From NCBI GenBank assembly GCA_036568985.1, contig DATCRM010000109.1, forward strand, positions 1 to 51,125: a stretch of 51,125 nt of DNA, written 5' to 3'. The notes below the pieces were generated by a model. It had not been told where the DNA came from, ran no database searches, and saw only the letters and a list, made by a program, of their open reading frames with translations. The position numbers were made by a program, and so were the translations under genes. Shown piece after piece: positions 47,001-51,125 of the stretch (position 1 is its first letter; every line of letters starts with the position of its first letter). The stretch comes from Lacunisphaera sp. Its GTDB lineage: Bacteria; Verrucomicrobiota; Verrucomicrobiia; Opitutales; Opitutaceae.

Positions 47001-47672
47001 GTAGACGTCGAGCCAACCGTCGCGATCGTAGTCAAAGAAAGCCCCCATGCCGCAGGCATCCACCAAGGCGAGGCCACGGGCCTGGGCTTCCTCGCGGAAA
47101 GTGCCGTTGCCTTGGTTGACGAACAGGAGATTCGGGGCGTTGAAGCGGCATACATACAAGTCCAGCCAGCCGTCATTGTTTACGTCTGCCCAGGCGGCGC
47201 CTTGGGTCCAGTCCGCGCGATCGGTTTTGGTCAGCTCGGCGGGCCCGGCCAGACCCGCGGTCAGGGTGACATCCGCAAACTTCCAGCCGCCGAGATTGCG
47301 GAACAACCGGCTCGGCCCCGTTTTGCTCACGACGAAAATGTCGGGACGTCCGTCCTGGTCGTAATCCGCGACGGCCACTCCCGTGCCCAGCGAACCGTTG
47401 ACGAGTTCCGTGTAGCGCCCGGCCCACATTTGCGGGTCGCCGTAATGGTTCTGGCAGCGGATGCCTGTTTGCTCGGCCGCGAGTGCCGTGAACATCGTCC
47501 GCCCCGCCGGTCGCGAGCGCGCGGCCAATGGCGCCTCCGCGAGGCCGGCCGCGGCCTCCGGCAGGCACAGTCCCTGGCTGCCGGCCACGAGAGCAAGCCC
47601 CGTCATGATCAGCCAACGGGCGGCATGGCAGACGCGAGGATAAGTGGCGGGCGTGGGGAAGCCGGGGGCCAT
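44067..47672 (-). CDS. FG-GAP/VCBS repeat protein with ASPIC/UnbV domains (CRTAC1-like)
   Basis: Many DxDxDGxxD repeats; LHFGLG ASPIC motif. Start uncertain. Confidence 0.9.
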   Translation of the reverse strand: MAPGFPTPATYPRVCHAARWLIMTGLALVAGSQGLCLPEAAAGLAEAPLAARSRPAGRTMFTALAAEQTGIRCQNHYGDPQMWAGRYTELVNGSLGTGVAVADYDQDGRPDIFVVSKTGPSRLFRNLGGWKFADVTLTAGLAGPAELTKTDRADWTQGAAWADVNNDGWLDLYVCRFNAPNLLFVNQGNGTFREEAQARGLALVDACGMGAFFDYDRDGWLDVYVQTSLLDTVKAPNGQRDYLLHNRGDGTFENVTERAGIAGENLAHSTGIWDYDSDGWPDLYVANDFTAPDKLYHNNRNGTFTNVIDSIVPHLPYSSMGSDTGDVDGDGRTDFLVADMAATTHEQDHRGMAYSRMLQHGATEPATTEAPQYSHNALFLNTGTGRCREAAYLTGLAATDWTWSVRFEDLDNDGRVDLHITNGMVREYQNVDLLDRMVLAQNPAERLAIMRASPRLEETNLAYRNAGDLRFEDVGAQWGLNQKGVSFGTAFGDFDGDGDLDIVFANHEDNPTVLRNDSPDGHRLIVSLHGTVSNRFGVGAKVTIETGQGRQVRTLELTRGYLSTSEPVLHFGLGPDTVIKKLTVEWPSSYVQTFTDIAADQKLTLTEPADPARPLPARSAPSTQFVEVGAATGLDLKSEESFDLESQPLVAMRFDRLGPALALGDLNHDGEADLVFGGTGKQPTQILFRSEDRFVSVGSLPASPVDDGPLLLFDYDGDGLTDLLQTKAGANRAANSPSFQPVLYRNSGAGFTPQPDALPALPLSMGAAAATDFDHDGRLDIFLGARVLPGRYPLPPRSALLRNAGGRFEDVTDALAPALREVGLVRSALWSDVDGDGWSDLLLALEWGGVRYFHNDQGRGFSDHSVASGFSSAGDGWWTALTSADFNGDGRPDYAVGNLGLNTLYQPPILIYAGNFKGGTSVQVIEAYYEGDKLYPRRTRKELGAQIPTLLQRFSRNDTYARATLPELLAQDKLDAARRFAATELRSGMFLSEPNGTYRFTPLPRIAQIAPIQGLVAGDFDGDGHADLYAVQNSYAPNPGVGRFDGGLGQLLLGDGHGNFLPAETERSGLVVPGDAKALVVLDLDRNGWPDFVVSRNNSTTLAWRNQGLPERHSFQVRLQGKPGNPTAIGSALRLELTDGTVQLAEITAGGGYYSQNSAAAFFGWRDGNPPRRLLVRWPDGSSLEHRFTEAPQQVLTLKAP

Positions 47673-47727
47673 GCCTCCAGCACAAGACATTCGCTTGGCC
47701 GGGCGAGCAGATTTCGCGCGGCGGCCC

Positions 47728-49509
47728 CTACTTTGGCAGCATCGTGAGAATCTCGCGCAGGCTCTGTGCGGTTTTTGTCTGCCCGCTTTGTTCGGCATCG
47801 CGCAGGCCGGCGGCAAGCACTGTGCGGGCTTCCGCGATCCGGCCGTTGTGCGCGTAGGCCTGGCCGAGAAACAGCGCGGCCTGCGGATTGGCAGGCTGGG
47901 CGCGACGATAGATTTCCAGCATGGGCACGGCTTCCTCGGCCCGGTGCATGATCAGCAACTGCACCCCGAGGTCGGCGTTCAAGTCGGGGTCGTCTGGCAC
48001 CAGGGCCAGGCCGGCTCGGTAATGTTGCTCGGCGGCGGCGGGATTTTTCTTTTCGATGGTCCGACCGGCCTCCAGATGCCAATTGGCGGTGATCTGGCGG
48101 ATCTCGGGAACGCCGGGATTGGCCTTGAGCAACGGCAACAGGTAGCGGCCGGCGTTTTCAATCCGGCCGGCTTCCATTTCCAAGCGCGCCCGCAGGAGCA
48201 GTGCTTTCGGAAACGTGGGCCGCATGCCCAGCGCGTGATCCAGTGTTCGCAGGGCCTCGTCGGGCCGGTTCGATTCCAGCAAGAGAATGGCGAGGGCAAA
48301 GTCGGCTTCGCCGAAGGCTGGATTCACCTCGAGGGCCCGCCGATAGGCCGCGGCCGCTTCCCCGATCCGGCCGTCGGCCTTGAGTAGGTTGCCGTGGGCA
48401 TGCAGGAGGTCGGGTGAGTCGGGATGCACGCGGAGGCCGTCTGTCAGCGCGCGGTGAGCCGGCTCGGATTGTTGCAGGGCGCGGCAGGCTTCGCTAAGGT
48501 TGAAATAGTGGAGCGGGGCCGGAGTACTCGCCGCCCGGGCGATGCCGTTGGCGAGAATGTCGCGTGCAGCCGCCGCAGAACCGAGTTCGAGCAGCAACGT
48601 GCCGAGCATCTCCGCGGGGAGGGGATCGGTAGGGGCGAGCGCCAGCGCGTGCTCGAAACGGGCGCGGCCGCGATCTCCTTGGTAGGTCTGGTAGGCAATG
48701 ACACCGAGATGACACAGGCGCCGGGGTTCGTGACAGCGGGCATCCACCTCCTGCATCCACGGATCGTCGGCCTCGCGGAAACGGCCTGCCTCGCGGCCGA
48801 GCCAGCGGTGCAGGTCGGCCAGATCCTCGTGGCCTGCGGCCGCCTGGAGTTCGGCGTAGAGATTTTGTGCGGCGGAAAATTTTGGTTGATGTTGCAGCAG
48901 GCTTTCGAGCCGGGACAGGGTTTCCGCGGTGCGCCCCTGCAACTGGGCAATGCGCGCCAGGCCCAGTTCCGCGTAGGGATCGCCGGGCAGCAGCTCCAGC
49001 CGGCGACGGTAACCGGTTTCGGCGGCGTCGATGCGACCGCTCTTGAATTTCATCTCGGCCAGCCGCAGCCAGGCGGCGGCTGCTGTGGGGTCGGCAGCCA
49101 CCGTGAGCTCGAGCTGTTCCTCCACCGCAGCCTGGTCTCCCTCACTGCGCCGCAGATCGGCCAGGTAGTAGTGCCAGCGCGCTTCCCGGGGCTGCTCGCG
49201 AATCAACAACCGCCAGCAGGCTTCGGCCTCCGCGCGAAATTCGTTGGCGTGACAGAGCCGCCCCAATTCGGCCACGGCGGCGAGATCGCCGCCGGCCGCG
49301 CCCACGTGCGCCGCGGTGAGCAGGTCGCGCAGTGTGGCGTTGGGCACCGCAGCCGGCAGGGCGGGCACCGCGGCCCGCACGCGGGCGAGCCGGGCCTGGC
49401 GCCAGCCGAGGAGTGCTCCGGTGGCGATGAGAGCGGCGAGGAGAATCCACAGCAGCGGTCGGATGGCGGACCGGCGCGATGGAGGGGACTGGACGGTACG
49501 CGGGCTCAC
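47728..49509 (-). CDS. Tetratricopeptide repeat protein
   Basis: N-terminal TM segment and repeated A...Y..AL...P TPR pattern. Confidence 0.88.
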   Translation of the reverse strand: MSPRTVQSPPSRRSAIRPLLWILLAALIATGALLGWRQARLARVRAAVPALPAAVPNATLRDLLTAAHVGAAGGDLAAVAELGRLCHANEFRAEAEACWRLLIREQPREARWHYYLADLRRSEGDQAAVEEQLELTVAADPTAAAAWLRLAEMKFKSGRIDAAETGYRRRLELLPGDPYAELGLARIAQLQGRTAETLSRLESLLQHQPKFSAAQNLYAELQAAAGHEDLADLHRWLGREAGRFREADDPWMQEVDARCHEPRRLCHLGVIAYQTYQGDRGRARFEHALALAPTDPLPAEMLGTLLLELGSAAAARDILANGIARAASTPAPLHYFNLSEACRALQQSEPAHRALTDGLRVHPDSPDLLHAHGNLLKADGRIGEAAAAYRRALEVNPAFGEADFALAILLLESNRPDEALRTLDHALGMRPTFPKALLLRARLEMEAGRIENAGRYLLPLLKANPGVPEIRQITANWHLEAGRTIEKKNPAAAEQHYRAGLALVPDDPDLNADLGVQLLIMHRAEEAVPMLEIYRRAQPANPQAALFLGQAYAHNGRIAEARTVLAAGLRDAEQSGQTKTAQSLREILTMLPK

Positions 49510-50804
49510 TGACGGCGCCAGAGCGTGATGTTGCTCACGTGTTCAAACGGCGGGAAGGCATGCAATGCGCCCGTCACGATCTCGGGCACACCATCGCCGT
49601 CGAGATCGCCCGCGGCGGCGGTGACGAATTTGATCGGACGGTGCGCCAGCGGCACGGGCGTGAAACCCTGCCGGCCATCGTTAATCCACGCCATCAGCGA
49701 GCTGGATTGCGGGTCGTTCCAGTCGGCAAAGCAACTCACGGCCACGAGATCGGTGAAGCCATCGCCGTTGAGGTCGGCGGCGCACGGGGCATAGGCGCCG
49801 GGAAAATCGCCCACGCGATGAAAGCGAAAGTTGCCGCCGCCGGTGTTTTCAAGCCATTGCAGCCCATGCCACGGCCGGTGCCCGCGCACGGCGTAGTCGA
49901 AGCCGTCGCCGTTGGTGTAGATGAGGTCGGGACGGCCGTCGCGATTCACGTCGGCGACCGCGAGTCCGCTGCTGCCGTAGTCCTCGTTGGTCGAGCCCCA
50001 GATCAGTTCGTCCTTGAATTCGCCGCCGGATCCCGGGTTGCGGAACAGGTGCACCTCTTCCCACTCCTGCGAGACAAGCGCGGCGAAATCAGGCCGGCCG
50101 TCGCCGTCGAAGTCGGCCACGGGAGTGTGCACCGTGCCGGACTGGCGGTTGACGATGTGGCTTTCGAATTGCCAGCCGCCAAGGTTCTTCATCCAGCGAG
50201 TTTCGCCCTGCGCATAACCGAATTGCCCGACGACGAGATCGAGCCGGCCATCCTGGTGGCCGGAGAGGTTGGCGCCGCGCACATCAGTAACGCGCGCGGT
50301 CTGGTCGAGCAGGGTGCGGGGACGGAAGGTGCGGTTGTCGAGATTTTCGAGGACGACGACGGAGCCGATGCGGTCGTTGTTCGGCATGATCTGGCCCATG
50401 CAGGCGACGAGCACGTCCAGGCGCCCGCTGCCTTGCACGTCGGCCGCCGAGACGTTAGCGGGGGCGGGGAGGTCGCGGGCGATCACCTGTTCCGTGAACA
50501 CACCGCGCGGCGCCTGCCGGATCCAGCGGACGGTATTGTCGCGGCACTCGCAATAGATCACATCGGGCAATCCATCCTGGTCGAGATCGGCGATCTGCAG
50601 GTTGGTGACCATGGGCCGGTCATCGGGACCGGCGACGGCGCCGATTGCGGTCGGGACGAAGTTCAGCGACGGCGGGGCCGGGCGCGGCGGTTCGACGGGC
50701 GCCGCCATCGGATCGGGGCTGGCCGGCCTCACGGCCAGCCAGAGGGCTCCGCCGCCGAGCAGCAACGCGGCGACAATCAACAGGCGGGTGGCAATCGAGT
50801 TCAT
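49506..50804 (-). CDS. VCBS/FG-GAP repeat protein
   Basis: ADLDQDG, ADFDGDG, ADVNRDG, GDLDGDG repeats. Confidence 0.88.
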   Translation of the reverse strand: MNSIATRLLIVAALLLGGGALWLAVRPASPDPMAAPVEPPRPAPPSLNFVPTAIGAVAGPDDRPMVTNLQIADLDQDGLPDVIYCECRDNTVRWIRQAPRGVFTEQVIARDLPAPANVSAADVQGSGRLDVLVACMGQIMPNNDRIGSVVVLENLDNRTFRPRTLLDQTARVTDVRGANLSGHQDGRLDLVVGQFGYAQGETRWMKNLGGWQFESHIVNRQSGTVHTPVADFDGDGRPDFAALVSQEWEEVHLFRNPGSGGEFKDELIWGSTNEDYGSSGLAVADVNRDGRPDLIYTNGDGFDYAVRGHRPWHGLQWLENTGGGNFRFHRVGDFPGAYAPCAADLNGDGFTDLVAVSCFADWNDPQSSSLMAWINDGRQGFTPVPLAHRPIKFVTAAAGDLDGDGVPEIVTGALHAFPPFEHVSNITLWRRQ

Positions 50805-50817
50805 ATAAGCGGTAGCG

Positions 50818-51125
50818 TTAGTCTCCCAGCTGAGACTGGAACTCCGCCGGCAGCAACTGGAGTGCGGTTTTCTGCAGCTGGGGATCGGTGAAGTCCATGT
50901 GGTAGGCGCGGGCGATCGTGAGCAGGCGAAAAAGACTTACCGGGCCGAGCGAGCGCAGGCGCTCGGCGTCAGCCTCCGCGAGGCAAAACGTGACTTCGGG
51001 CCGCGCCAAGTCCGGGTGCTTGGTCTGGGCCAGCACGATGGCGAGGTTGGCGCGGCGTTCCCAGGGCAGATCCTCGACCCGCCCGTCGGCGGTCGCGGGC
51101 AAAAGCTCGGGCATGACGTATCCCA
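50818..51125 (-). CDS. C-terminal part of a hypothetical protein (5' end outside the window)
   Basis: Reading frame continues to the window edge and ends 13 nt before the VCBS gene start. Confidence 0.65.
   Translation of the reverse strand, partial: GYVMPELLPATADGRVEDLPWERRANLAIVLAQTKHPDLARPEVTFCLAEADAERLRSLGPVSLFRLLTIARAYHMDFTDPQLQKTALQLLPAEFQSQLGD

Overview
GC-rich bacterial chromosome segment, probably Opitutaceae (Verrucomicrobiota). This is inferred from the Opitutus-style TonB receptor N-terminus, a VPEG-CTERM protein and FG-GAP/ASPIC clusters. Bases 1-24.7 kb and 37.9-51.1 kb carry ordinary genes: a GH13 amylase, dapL, panC, panE, an OPT transporter, a small decaying toxin-antitoxin/restriction patch, gcvP, a GH5, nth, a PAS kinase, xylB, a TonB receptor and VCBS/TPR genes. 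The centre (25.0-37.3 kb) is a 12-kb RNA-rich locus that the ORF track hides. In order it holds: a divergent LysR regulator; a 51-codon leader ORF using all 20 amino acids that overlaps an antiterminator/terminator switch; 29 tRNA genes; five tandem Y RNAs; Ro60/TROVE; 10 more tRNA genes; an HNH nuclease; a FliA-like sigma factor; two hypothetical genes; a candidate ncRNA; and RtcB. The 39 tRNA genes (one interrupted) cover all 20 amino acids and encode CCA. All have G55 instead of U55 and most have A18 instead of G18, and the whole block is bracketed by an rRNA-operon-like leader-trailer helix. Best reading (inference): a backup tRNA set with RNA repair, switched on by an attenuator that senses stalling at any codon. 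tRNA folds and coordinates were read by eye and may be off by 1-2 nt.
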